Of a stretch of DNA of 64,000 nt, positions 48,101 to 56,842 are shown piece after piece (position 1 is the stretch's first letter; each line of letters starts with the position of its first letter). The notes under the pieces were generated by a model. It saw nothing but the letters and a program-made list of their open reading frames with translations, had not been told where the DNA came from and ran no database searches. The translations under genes were made by a program, and so were the position numbers. Origin of the DNA: an uncultured Thalassospiraceae bacterium (GTDB lineage Bacteria; Pseudomonadota; Alphaproteobacteria; Rhodospirillales; JAPHRK01); NCBI GenBank assembly GCA_965368165.1, contig CBDULT010000014.1, positions 21,543-85,542 on the forward strand, in the 5' to 3' direction.

Positions 48101-48547
48101 CTGAAACAAAACGAGCAAGCTCTGGTGGTTCTGGGGGGGGATGAAACAAAAGCGGCAGATCTTATCCGCTCTGAAATGTTTTGGCGGAGCCAAAATTGGT
48201 CAGATGCGGCCCAATCTCTCCAAAGGATTGTCAAAAACCAAGAAGTGAAAAAGGACGGAAAGCTTGATGAAAAGCAAATGAAGTATGTCCTCAATCTTGG
48301 TGTTGCATTGGTTCTGGGGGGAAATGAAAGAGGTTTGGCCCGGGTAAGGGAAAAATATACCGCGGCAATGGCGGCGGGCCCTTATGCGGATGCCTTCCAG
48401 CTTATTACCAGTGCTTCAAGCCGGGGATTAATCGATTTCCGGTCTGTTTCCCGCCGGGTAAAAGAAGTTGAGAGCTTTCAAACCTTTATGGCGGCCTATC
48501 AGGCGCGTTTGAAAGCTGTTGAACAACAAGAAACAGCAGATAACTAA
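45149..48547 (+). CDS. 1132-aa secreted protein with AMIN-like repeats, a K/P/E-rich linker and a TPR-like helical C-terminal half
   Basis: Signal peptide ...GRAFA-EP. Two similar modules (GTHPGYGRLVFIW... and GQHKDYSRLVFDW...) are followed by a low-complexity linker and a long alpha-helical repeat region. ATGA overlap with motB. Confidence 0.7.
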   Translation: MRGHSLKKLAVLAVFVLTTFLATGRAFAEPVTIKAGTHPGYGRLVFIWSVPTPYTAVIEGDRLIISFPKDIEADYRGATSVLSRYIRSATPTPDGRGVVFRLTKKIGLRYFDMGRSVVVDLMDDTGEDPAPTASPSKPQVQTQTESQAVKPVAGGQTIGVRSGQHKDYSRLVFDWPSKVGYTLNEEGATATIEFDRLATLNLEAVTRRLPRNVKGIKATTGEDKTIVTVSVAPGSGFKHFLSGPKVVLDVLNPTASRIAEAAKKIPVKKTEPKVPEAKVEDKKAESKAPPAVPAKPVSAAEELAKPGEEAKPVEKGGTEKGKEGTVTEKAMGEVGKPMQLTADQPETAIGNEEFTLSFTWNEPVAAAVFRRSGTLWVVFDRHTVPNLKALKEAGGGVIKDIIKLSVDRATALRFVIPEGINPQVGRDGFNWTLKFKRQPLKPLNIVDSKSEKLPGIGSRMFMPVAQAGLAIPLRDQNTGDNLVVVPVVPLGQGIGQERDYVEFKVLASAQGIAIEPKIDDLRVRPFIQGVELTSQTALNVTPLDAKLEAAAKIAAPSSMSRIFQFRSWQITDFKDYNENRQKLQYAISMSKKEQREKARMTLARFFLSFGLGHEADAVLRMMLIDRPEVTKNIEFSAIRGAAKFLKGRYKTAIEMFSKDELGNNDEARFWLAAAQASTGDLATAGPNLGRFGGIIRTYPRKLKMPLGALAIETAIASGDVKAAERFLDMLKLEEPTPREQGQLSYLQGRVSELAGNIDEAIKKWEEAQDGAHRPSRAKAAYARAEVLRVLEKITNKEAIEELEKLRFAWRGDDFEFNLLRKLGVLYFTEKNFRQALLALKEAATNFRKHPRTPEITQEMSAAFDKLYLEGDADKISPIKAIALYEEFKELTPAGNKGDLMIRRLADRLVSVDLLDRAAKLLANQVSFRLKGEEKAKVGAKLALIYMMNRDLKSALKTINDTDSPGLPNELAEMRRHLQARTLMELKQNEQALVVLGGDETKAADLIRSEMFWRSQNWSDAAQSLQRIVKNQEVKKDGKLDEKQMKYVLNLGVALVLGGNERGLARVREKYTAAMAAGPYADAFQLITSASSRGLIDFRSVSRRVKEVESFQTFMAAYQARLKAVEQQETADN

Positions 48548-48659
48548 ATTTTCTCTACAATTTATATAAAAAATATGACATTTTTCTTGCATTCAAAAAT
48601 GGAATAGGCGAAATAGTCCGCCTTCGCCATGTTGGGGCGCTACTGATTTGGAGTGAGAA

Positions 48660-49151
48660 ATGGCGGAAAATGCTGTGCTTGCTGAAATTGGGACTGACTT
48701 GAGGGGGGGTACCCCAGAGACTGTCACCGAAAGCATCAAGAATAAAATATACCCGGTTATTGATAACGACAAAGATTACTTTGTTGAAAAAGACGGCGTC
48801 AAGTTTGCGGGCATGCACTTGCTCGTTGATCTTTGGGGGGCAGAAAACCTCAACGATCTAGAAGCTACCGAATACGCCTTGAAAAAAGCTGCGACGGATG
48901 CTGGTGCCACCATCCTTCACTGCCATTTGCATCACTTTACCCCCAATGGTGGGATATCAGGTGTTGTGGTTCTCGCCGAATCTCATATCAGCATTCACAC
49001 TTGGCCTGAGCGTAAATACGCCGCTCTTGATATCTTTATGTGTGGTGACTGTGATCCCTATAAAGGTATCCCGGCTCTTAAAGAGACCTTCAATCCTCAG
49101 CGGGTCGATTTAGATGAACAACGCCGTGGCATTATAGGTGAGTCTTTGTAA
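48660..49151 (+). CDS. speH: S-adenosylmethionine decarboxylase proenzyme (pyruvoyl type)
   Basis: The LAESHISIHTWPE self-cleavage motif is present, and the gene directly precedes speE. Confidence 0.85.
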   Translation: MAENAVLAEIGTDLRGGTPETVTESIKNKIYPVIDNDKDYFVEKDGVKFAGMHLLVDLWGAENLNDLEATEYALKKAATDAGATILHCHLHHFTPNGGISGVVVLAESHISIHTWPERKYAALDIFMCGDCDPYKGIPALKETFNPQRVDLDEQRRGIIGESL

Positions 49152-50012
49152 ATGACCGAATGGTTCGAAGAGGGGCTCCACCTTAGTGGTGCGGGGCACG
49201 GTTACGCCCAACGTTTTCAGGTCACGAAAGAAATTTATCGGGAAAAAACTGAGTTTCAAGAGCTCGTTATTTTTGAAACACCGACATTCGGCCGAGTTCT
49301 CGCTCTTGATGGCGTCATTCAAACTACTGAAAAAGACGAGTTTATCTATCATGAAATGATGGCTCATGTTCCGATTGTTGCCCATGGCAATGCGACCAAT
49401 GTTCTGATTATTGGGGGAGGGGATGGTGGTGTTCTTCGTGAAGCCCTTAAACATCCTCAAGTGACCCCAACCATGGTTGAGCTTGACCGCAGCGTTGTCG
49501 ATCTTTGTATGGAACATATGCCTAGTTTAAGTGATGGGGCCTTTGACAATCCACGGACCGAACTCCTGATAACAGATGGTCTTAAATTCGTGGCCGAAAC
49601 GGATCGTCAATTTGATGTTATCATCGTCGATTCAACTGACCCCATTGGCCCTGGTGAAGTCCTCTTTACAGAATCTTTTTATCGAGATTGTAAAAGGTGC
49701 CTCGGTGATAACGGTATACTCGTCACCCAAAATGGGGTCCCTATTTTCCAACCCGATGAAGTCACCACAACCTATCGCCGATTTCAGCCTCATTTCGATG
49801 ATGCAACATTTTTTGTTGCCCCTGTGCCTACATATGTAGGGGGCTTTATGACCTTGGGGTGGGCCTCGATGAATAAGATTCTCAGCAAACATGATCTGGA
49901 TACATTAAATAATAGGTTTCTACCCCTTTCGGTGACGACAAAATACTACAACCCATCAGTTCATCAGGCAGCCTTTGCTTTGCCGCAATATATCAAAAAC
50001 CTCATTAAATAA
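49152..50012 (+). CDS. speE: Spermidine synthase (polyamine aminopropyltransferase)
   Basis: The IIGGGDGG, DVIIVDSTDPIGP and YHEMM motifs are present. Confidence 0.9.
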   Translation: MTEWFEEGLHLSGAGHGYAQRFQVTKEIYREKTEFQELVIFETPTFGRVLALDGVIQTTEKDEFIYHEMMAHVPIVAHGNATNVLIIGGGDGGVLREALKHPQVTPTMVELDRSVVDLCMEHMPSLSDGAFDNPRTELLITDGLKFVAETDRQFDVIIVDSTDPIGPGEVLFTESFYRDCKRCLGDNGILVTQNGVPIFQPDEVTTTYRRFQPHFDDATFFVAPVPTYVGGFMTLGWASMNKILSKHDLDTLNNRFLPLSVTTKYYNPSVHQAAFALPQYIKNLIK

Positions 50013-50215
50013 GTCGCAAATTCAAATGCCGATACCTACCTGTAAGTGAAAAACCTTACTAATGGTATGGGCTTTGTACTTTTGGTTTAATTAGAATGTT
50101 GCAAATTAATCATAAATCTATAATCATGTAGGAATAATAATAAAAACAACTCATTAGATGAATAAACAACTGTTTGGGTAGGGGATTAGAAGTCAGCCAT
50201 AGCAAGGAGCTAAAG

Positions 50216-52372
50216 ATGACTATTAAGTCCCGAGTAGCTATTTTACTCGCCGTTGTCGCCAGTGTATCGGTGGTAACAGGTATTTATTTATTTTCTGCCT
50301 TGGCTGCATCAAAAAATGATGCCGGTATTATTGAAGCCTTGGGGCGTCAGGGAATGCTTAGCCAGGCTATGGCAAAATCTGTTTCAGGCTATGCCTCAGC
50401 AAAGCAGAGCCTTGATAGTCTCGAAGCCAGAATTAATTCTCTTGATAATTTTATCACCAACATGCGGGGGCAGTACACACAATCTGTCATCGGAGTAGCC
50501 AATAAAGTCGGTGTCGATATTTCAATGACACCAGAAGCCGAAGATCATCCTTCAGTACCTTTTCCGGCAACTTTCGCCCGCTTGGTGAATACCAAATCAG
50601 CGAGCGGGAACGGGTTTACAGTGGCTATTCTTTCGGATGCGCCTATAAACCCAATCAGTCTTTTGCAAACGGATTTAGATAAAAAAGCCAACGAGCATTT
50701 ACGGAAAAACCCGAAAGACCTCTTTTTCCAACCGAGTGAAAAAGAGGGTAAAATGCTGTTGAATTATTACACCGCAGATTTAGCTGTCGCCAAAGGCTGT
50801 GCCGACTGCCATACCGAGATGGAAGGAATTCCCTATAAAGTTGGCGATTTGTTGGGCATACGACGGTATCAAGTCCCTTATGCTGATTCAATGGCAATTG
50901 GCAATAAGCTGATTAATCCAGATTTAAGCGAATATGAGGCTGCGAAAACAATTTTCATGGAAACACTTTCCGCCGTGAAATCTGGCGGCAAATACCCCTT
51001 GGATTTAGGCCGTAAGGTTTTTTCAGATATTCCTGCAGTTGATGACGATATATCTCAAGACCTTATGGGGAAAGTTACCCTGAGTGTCCAAGAACTGGAA
51101 AAAACAGTCGCAATTATCCTCAAGGAACAAGGAGGGATATTGCAAAATGCTGTTCTTAATCTTGGGACTCAAGCAAATGTGTTACGGGGTTTGAGCGATG
51201 ATCTTGTTACTCATTATTCAGGTATTGCAGCAGGTAATCAGCGGAAAATTTCTATTGCGATTATTGTCTCGACATTGATTGTTCTTGCCACTGTTGGCGG
51301 GGTATACCTCTTTATGTCTCGCGCCGTGGTCGGACGAATAGGGGCTCTGTCAGAGTGTATGGAAGTTTTGGCTCAAGGGGACAAAACAACGGTGATTGCC
51401 TATGCCACCGATGAAGATGAGATCGGTGGAATGGCCCGCGCAGTTCAGGTCTTTAAAGATAGCATGATTAAAGGTGATGAACTGCGGGCGGAACAGGCGA
51501 AGCAAGATGCTGCAGGAGAGCAGAGGCGTATTAAAATGGAGAAAGCTGTCGCAAGCTTTGAGCAGGTTATTGGTGAAGTGATTGGAGGGGTTTCTGGAGC
51601 AGCATCAAGTGTAGAAACATCCGCTAACCAGATGGCAGATCAAGCAAAAGACAATATGAGCCGTTCAGCAGCAGTGGCCTCAGCCTCAGAACAAGCCGCG
51701 GCTAACGTTCAGACCGTGGCCTCAGCAGCAGAAGAACTTTCAAGCTCCATTGGTGAGATTAGTAGTCAAGTAGCTCAATCTTCAAGTGTTGCCGGACAGG
51801 CTGTTCATGAAGCTGAAACAACCAATGCAAAGGTTCAGGGTCTTGAAGAAGCTGCCCAAAAAATTGGTGAAGTTGTTAATTTGATTAATGACATTGCTGA
51901 GCAAACCAATCTATTGGCCTTGAATGCGACAATTGAGGCGGCTCGTGCTGGTGAAGCTGGTAAGGGATTTGCTGTTGTTGCATCGGAAGTTAAGAACCTT
52001 GCCAATGAAACAGCGAAAGCAACCAACGAAATTGGCTCTCAAGTTACTGAAATTCAGCAAGCAACCGGAGAGTCCGTGACAGCTATTGGCGGTATAACGG
52101 AAATTATCAAAGAGATTGACGGGATTGCTTCTGGTATTGCTGCTGCTGTTGAAGAGCAGGGGGCGGCAACAGGGGAGATTGCGCGAAGCGTAGAGCAAGC
52201 CTCAGCAGGGACACAGGAAGTATCGTCCAACATTGAAACTATCAGCGATGCTGCGAAGCAAAATGGTGATAAAGCGGTAGAGATGGCAGAATCTGCAGTT
52301 GAGATGCTGGGGCAATCAAAGAACTTAGAAGCTGAGGTGAAAAAATTCTTGGCAGAGGTGAGTTCTGCTTAA
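50216..52372 (+). CDS. Methyl-accepting chemotaxis protein with a CxxCH-containing periplasmic sensor domain
   Basis: ATG after AAGGAG. TM helix, about 330-aa periplasmic domain containing CADCH (nt 50798-50812), second TM helix, HAMP and the MCP core. Confidence 0.9.
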   Translation: MTIKSRVAILLAVVASVSVVTGIYLFSALAASKNDAGIIEALGRQGMLSQAMAKSVSGYASAKQSLDSLEARINSLDNFITNMRGQYTQSVIGVANKVGVDISMTPEAEDHPSVPFPATFARLVNTKSASGNGFTVAILSDAPINPISLLQTDLDKKANEHLRKNPKDLFFQPSEKEGKMLLNYYTADLAVAKGCADCHTEMEGIPYKVGDLLGIRRYQVPYADSMAIGNKLINPDLSEYEAAKTIFMETLSAVKSGGKYPLDLGRKVFSDIPAVDDDISQDLMGKVTLSVQELEKTVAIILKEQGGILQNAVLNLGTQANVLRGLSDDLVTHYSGIAAGNQRKISIAIIVSTLIVLATVGGVYLFMSRAVVGRIGALSECMEVLAQGDKTTVIAYATDEDEIGGMARAVQVFKDSMIKGDELRAEQAKQDAAGEQRRIKMEKAVASFEQVIGEVIGGVSGAASSVETSANQMADQAKDNMSRSAAVASASEQAAANVQTVASAAEELSSSIGEISSQVAQSSSVAGQAVHEAETTNAKVQGLEEAAQKIGEVVNLINDIAEQTNLLALNATIEAARAGEAGKGFAVVASEVKNLANETAKATNEIGSQVTEIQQATGESVTAIGGITEIIKEIDGIASGIAAAVEEQGAATGEIARSVEQASAGTQEVSSNIETISDAAKQNGDKAVEMAESAVEMLGQSKNLEAEVKKFLAEVSSA

Positions 52373-52384
52373 AACACCCTAGCC

Positions 52385-52414
52385 AAGCAAAAAAGAGGGG
52401 CTTTATAGCTCCTC
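52385..52414 (-). terminator. Rho-independent terminator (minus strand), probably for the fliP operon
   Basis: The minus strand reads GAGGAGCT-ATAA-AGCCCCTC followed by TTTTTT. Confidence 0.5.
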
Positions 52415-52553
52415 AGATTGCTGTCAAAGCATGACAGTACAACACCAGCGAATAGGCAGTCATCAACTCTGTTGATTAATTATTTGATCACGAACCCTTG
52501 CATTCAAGATCACGATCATTTTTCTCCTAATAGCAGTTATAGCTCCTCTTTTT

Positions 52554-53309
52554 TTATCCCCCAAAACTTTTGACCAAACTGCCAACAAGCAAGTACCAGC
52601 CGTCGACCAAGACAAAAAAGATAATCTTAAAGGGCATGGCAACGATGATTGGTGGGAGCATCATCATACCCATGGACATGAGAACCGAAGCCACCACCAT
52701 ATCAATAATAAGAAACGGCACAAATAAAAGGAAACCAATTTCAAAAGCTCGCCGGATTTCACTAATCATAAAGGCAGGAATAAGGGCTTTCATCGGAATT
52801 GTATCAATGCCTTTAATGTTGTCCTCTTTAATTTTTGCAATATCAATAAAGAGCTGTAGGTCTTGGTCTCTCACATGACGGGACATAAATTTGTGGAAAG
52901 GAACGAGAGCTTTTTCAAAAGCATCCACTTCCTCTATCTGCCCATCCATCATTGGCTTAATCGCCTCATCATAAACAGCCTCGAAGGTGGGCATCATGAT
53001 GAAAAGAGTCAGAAACAAAGCTAAACTGACCAGAACTTGATTGGGAGGTGTTTGTTGAGTTCCCATTGCTGTACGGACAAATGAGAGAACAATCATAATC
53101 CGGGTAAAGGAGGTCATCATAATGAGAATTGAGGGGGCTAAGCTCAAAACCGTTGTGAGGGCAATAAGCTGAACCACACGGGTCGTCGCTGAAGAATCAC
53201 CTCCAAGGTCAAGTGTAAAGGACTGGGCAAAGGCTGGCTGAGTCAAAAAGACAATGCCAGTTGCTACTAACCCTACCATAAGGACAGCAAGGGAGATTTT
53301 AGTCTTCAT
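52554..53309 (-). CDS. fliP: Flagellar type III secretion system pore protein FliP
   Basis: Signal peptide and the conserved ...LTTVLSLAPSILIMMTSFTRI...GTQQTPPNQVL... motifs. Confidence 0.92.
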   Translation of the reverse strand: MKTKISLAVLMVGLVATGIVFLTQPAFAQSFTLDLGGDSSATTRVVQLIALTTVLSLAPSILIMMTSFTRIMIVLSFVRTAMGTQQTPPNQVLVSLALFLTLFIMMPTFEAVYDEAIKPMMDGQIEEVDAFEKALVPFHKFMSRHVRDQDLQLFIDIAKIKEDNIKGIDTIPMKALIPAFMISEIRRAFEIGFLLFVPFLIIDMVVASVLMSMGMMMLPPIIVAMPFKIIFFVLVDGWYLLVGSLVKSFGG

Positions 53310-53659
53310 GAGGCTGCGTCCTTATTATCTGCAGTTTCTGCAGCGGTTTGGAGGGCATTTTCAAAAGTAGTTTCTCCGCGCTCAACAATATTTTTTTCGA
53401 TGAGAAGATCGGTCGTTGGGCCTAAAAGAATAAGGTGCTCAGCCTCATCGCGACGAACCAAAATAAGACGCCGTTTTCCATCGACTTGCATGATTTCAGA
53501 AAGGGCTAATCGTTTTGCAGGTTTACCTGCCCGAGGCGTGACAACCGCGCCTAAACCGAAACGCTTTGCGGCAAAAGCAAATAAGCCGATCAACCCTAAA
53601 ACAAGGGCTAAGGCTATGACAAACTGTAGGTAATTTTCTAATCCTATGACATCGTTCAT
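53306..53659 (-). CDS. fliO: Flagellar biosynthetic protein FliO
   Basis: 117 aa with a single TM helix, then ...KRRLILVRRDEAEHLILLG. It lies directly upstream of fliP and overlaps it. Confidence 0.75.
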   Translation of the reverse strand: MNDVIGLENYLQFVIALALVLGLIGLFAFAAKRFGLGAVVTPRAGKPAKRLALSEIMQVDGKRRLILVRRDEAEHLILLGPTTDLLIEKNIVERGETTFENALQTAAETADNKDAAS

Positions 53660-53676
53660 ATGTTCGTATCCCTGGT

Positions 53677-54006
53677 TTAGGGTGTTTCCTCATCTGTTTT
53701 GCCATAGGCTTTCATTGCCCGCGCGCGCGTAGAAAGTTCAAATTGTCGAGTGAATTCCTTGTGCTTTTCTGCCATTTTATTTTCTAGTTCATCAAGGTTT
53801 TCCATAATGGTCTTAAGGGATTCTTTGTGGGAGCCAGAATCCTCTGTGGGGTTGTCATTTATATAACGACATAATTCTTCGACATGGCCTGTCAGGGCAC
53901 TTAATTCAACGACTTGGCCTTCATCAAGGAGCCGCCGGGCAGCACTCACAAGGGAGGATACTCTCTCGGCTTTATTGGTGAATTCAGAGGGGGGGATTGA
54001 AACCAT
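53677..54006 (-). CDS. Hypothetical protein in the flagellar operon
   Basis: 109-aa helical, charged ORF between the FlhB-C-like gene and fliO. The ATG at 54006 lies 1 nt after the upstream stop. No family recognised. Confidence 0.55.
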   Translation of the reverse strand: MVSIPPSEFTNKAERVSSLVSAARRLLDEGQVVELSALTGHVEELCRYINDNPTEDSGSHKESLKTIMENLDELENKMAEKHKEFTRQFELSTRARAMKAYGKTDEETP

Positions 54007-54007
54007 A

Positions 54008-54415
54008 TTATGGCGCCTCACCGCGAGAGGTACCCGTTAATCCTGCACCAATATCAATAGAAATATCTTCACCGTCGGCACGATAAACATAAGTCAGTAT
54101 TTCTGATACAGCCGCAAATGCTTCCAGGGGAGTTTCATTTCCAATTTCAAGTGCTTGAAGAACTTCTGCAAGATCGGCGTCTTCCCGGACTTTGACATCA
54201 TTGGCGAAGGCTATATCTAATATTTTTTCAGCCAAAACCCCTTGTCCAGAAGCAACGACTTCTGGAGGGCGGTTTGTGTCTTTGTCATGGTTTAAGGCGA
54301 CCGCCAGTTTCCGTTTGGCTTTTTCCTCAGTATCATAATCTTTGCTTGAGCTGCCCAAAGGTTCGCCTAATAAAAATAAACTGGTTGAATCACTATGGGG
54401 TGATTGTGCCGTCAT
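54008..54415 (-). CDS. Stand-alone FlhB C-terminal-domain-like protein (EscU/YscU/HrcU family)
   Basis: LAVALNHDKDTNRPPEVVASGQGVLAEKILDIA..NDVKVREDADLAEVL parallels YAVALSYSQEDMGAPRVVAKGVDSLALRIREVA..HEVPIVENPPLARAL of the FlhB in this window, but has no NPTH site or TM region. Confidence 0.7.
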   Translation of the reverse strand: MTAQSPHSDSTSLFLLGEPLGSSSKDYDTEEKAKRKLAVALNHDKDTNRPPEVVASGQGVLAEKILDIAFANDVKVREDADLAEVLQALEIGNETPLEAFAAVSEILTYVYRADGEDISIDIGAGLTGTSRGEAP

Positions 54416-54601
54416 AAGCTTAAAGATTCCTTTAATGCCAGAGAGTAAAAGAACTGGGAAAATGAGTCTCAACAAGCCTTAGAAGCGAGACTGATTCATC
54501 GTTTATTAAGGGAACGGATTCAATAATGGTGTGGTTGATGATTGACGATTCTCTAGAAAAAAATGGTAGGCCCTAAGGGCATTTGAGAGGCAAAGTAGGA
54601 C

Positions 54602-55003
54602 ATGGATTTTAGCAAGATTTCCCTGTTTAATGCAATGAAGCAGCAGATGGGCTGGCTAAAACAGCGCCAAAAGGTTCTGGCTGAAAACATCTCTAATGCC
54701 AATACGCCACGCTATAAAGCGAAGGACCTAAAGGCGATTGAGTTCAAGGATATGCTTGGGAAAAATCAGTTCAGCTTAAAAATGCGGACCACTTCAGCCA
54801 AGCATCTTGCAGGTATTAGTGGGGCTGAGGGCGATAATAAAGTTGTCAAAGAACGGAAGCCTTACGAAACCTCACCAGATGGCAACTCCGTCGTTTTGGA
54901 AGAACAGGTTCTCAAGGTTAGTAAAACCCAGGTTGATCATAAATTAACAAATGAACTCTATAGAAAACACCTTGCCATGATTAGGCACGCGACCAGAAAG
55001 TAG
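54602..55003 (+). CDS. flgB: Flagellar basal body rod protein FlgB
   Basis: 133 aa with ...ENISNANTPRYKAKDL. It is the first gene of the flgBC-fliE order. Confidence 0.88.
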   Translation: MDFSKISLFNAMKQQMGWLKQRQKVLAENISNANTPRYKAKDLKAIEFKDMLGKNQFSLKMRTTSAKHLAGISGAEGDNKVVKERKPYETSPDGNSVVLEEQVLKVSKTQVDHKLTNELYRKHLAMIRHATRK

Positions 55004-55026
55004 CTTGGGAAGTAGGGATTTAGTAA

Positions 55027-55437
55027 ATGGATGATCTTTTTAAGACAATGCGGATCTCAGCTTCGGGCATGAAGGCTCAAGGAACGAGACTTCGCGTGAT
55101 TTCTGAGAATATGGCTAATGTGAATTCGTTGCCAACCAAGCCTGGCGAATCTCCTTATCAACGCAAGGTAACCATATTTAAAAATAAGCTCGATCGGGAA
55201 TTAGGGGCTAAAATGGTCGATGTTCATCGGGTTAGGCCAGATAAATCAGAGTTTAATATGCGCTTTGATCCTAATCACCCTGCGGCGGATGCCAATGGCT
55301 ATGTTCAGACGCCGAATGTGAATACGCTGGTGGAAATGATGGATATGAAGGAAGCGCAGAGGTCTTATGAGGCTAACGTTAATGTTATTCGGTTGTCCAA
55401 AGAGATGATCGGTAGCACGATTGGGTTGCTGCGCTAA
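55027..55437 (+). CDS. flgC: Flagellar basal body rod protein FlgC
   Basis: ISASGMKAQGTRLRVISENMANVNS N-terminus and PNVN...EMMDMKEAQRSYEAN C-terminus. Confidence 0.92.
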   Translation: MDDLFKTMRISASGMKAQGTRLRVISENMANVNSLPTKPGESPYQRKVTIFKNKLDRELGAKMVDVHRVRPDKSEFNMRFDPNHPAADANGYVQTPNVNTLVEMMDMKEAQRSYEANVNVIRLSKEMIGSTIGLLR

Positions 55438-55475
55438 ATTAGGGCCAGAAAAATATCGGAAATGGGAACAAAATT

Positions 55476-55790
55476 ATGACAATACCCTTTAATCAAGCAA
55501 TTAACGCTTATAATCAAGCGGTTAAAGATATTGAATCAGGCGGTGCTACGCAGCAAAAAGAAAGAACATCGGCGAACGATTTTGCTGAGATGCTTAAAAA
55601 TAAAGTCAAAGTTGCTATTGAAGATAACAAAGAGGCGGAAAGACTTTCAGTAGCCGCTGTTGCTGGCAAAGCTGATTTGAGCGAGGTTGTGACAGCCGTA
55701 GCGGAAGCTGAACTGTCAGTTCAAGCAGCCGTTTCAATTAAAGACAAAGTGATTGAAGCTTATAAAGAAATCCTCAGGATGCCGGTTTAG
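55476..55790 (+). CDS. fliE: Flagellar hook-basal body complex protein FliE
   Basis: 104 aa with the C-terminal AELSVQAAVSIKDKVIEAYKEILRMPV pattern, after flgC. Confidence 0.85.
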   Translation: MTIPFNQAINAYNQAVKDIESGGATQQKERTSANDFAEMLKNKVKVAIEDNKEAERLSVAAVAGKADLSEVVTAVAEAELSVQAAVSIKDKVIEAYKEILRMPV

Positions 55791-55799
55791 GGGTCGGTT

Positions 55800-56066
55800 A
55801 TGAATGAAGTCGCTGTTCTTGAGATAGGTCGTGAAGCCTTTTTTGTGATTATGAAAGTTGTTGGACCCCTTCTTTTTATTGGTCTTACTGTTGGCATTAC
55901 AATTGCCTTGTTTCAGGCTATTACGTCTATCCAAGAAATGACCCTGGTATTTGTCCCTAAAATTATAGCAATTTTTATTGCTATCATTATTTTTCTACCC
56001 TTTATGATGACGACAACCTTAGAATTCGGGCGGTCAATTTTTAATAAAATCACTCTTTTGAATTAG
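55800..56066 (+). CDS. fliQ: Flagellar biosynthesis protein FliQ
   Basis: 88 aa, two TM helices, with ...LFQAITSIQEMTLVFVPKI. Confidence 0.9.
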   Translation: MNEVAVLEIGREAFFVIMKVVGPLLFIGLTVGITIALFQAITSIQEMTLVFVPKIIAIFIAIIIFLPFMMTTTLEFGRSIFNKITLLN

Positions 56067-56072
56067 CTTCGT

Positions 56073-56834
56073 ATGTTAAACGAAGTCCTAAACCTAAATA
56101 TCTTCGTTTTCTTTGTTATTTTTTCTAGGCTTGCAGGTGCGATTTCTGTAATGCCAGGCTTCAGCGCGACTTATGTTTCTATGCAGATTCGGATCGCATT
56201 TATTGTCGTTCTCTCGTTCATTCTTGTTCCCGTTCTTAAAGATGTAATTCCTCCCATCCCCTCGTCCCCCTTAGGAATGACCCTGATTTTTTTTGGTGAG
56301 GCGGTTATTGGTATTATGATTGGTACGGTTGCCAGAATTTTGCTCGGTGCCCTCCAAACCGCAGGAACAGTTATCGCCTTCACCTCATCAATGGCTAACT
56401 CCATGATTATGGATCCGATCTCAGCGCAACAAAGTGCTGTGGTGAGTGTTGCTCTGACAACCATGGCAACGGTGATTGTATTTGTCGCTGACCTGCATCA
56501 TGTCATGATTTTGACCATCATCGATAGCTACACCCTTTTTACGCCAGGAGCACCGCCCCCGGCGGGTGAGTTTGCTGAGCTCATTACAAGAACGGTTGCG
56601 GATGCTTTTAAATTGGGCATTCAGTTAGCTGCGCCATTTTTGCTAATCTCATTCACCTATAACGTTGCTTTGGGGACTTTGGCTCGTTTGATGCCTAAAC
56701 TAAATGTCTTTTTTGTCGGCATGCCATTAAGCATTGGCTTAGCCTATATGGGCTTATTGGTTTGTGTTCCCTCGATTCTTATGATCTTCCTTAAGCATTA
56801 TGAAGAATCATTAGAACGTTTTTTGGTCCCGTGA
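56073..56834 (+). CDS. fliR: Flagellar biosynthetic protein FliR
   Basis: 253-aa polytopic protein between fliQ and flhB. Confidence 0.88.
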   Translation: MLNEVLNLNIFVFFVIFSRLAGAISVMPGFSATYVSMQIRIAFIVVLSFILVPVLKDVIPPIPSSPLGMTLIFFGEAVIGIMIGTVARILLGALQTAGTVIAFTSSMANSMIMDPISAQQSAVVSVALTTMATVIVFVADLHHVMILTIIDSYTLFTPGAPPPAGEFAELITRTVADAFKLGIQLAAPFLLISFTYNVALGTLARLMPKLNVFFVGMPLSIGLAYMGLLVCVPSILMIFLKHYEESLERFLVP

Positions 56835-56842
56835 GGTGATGA

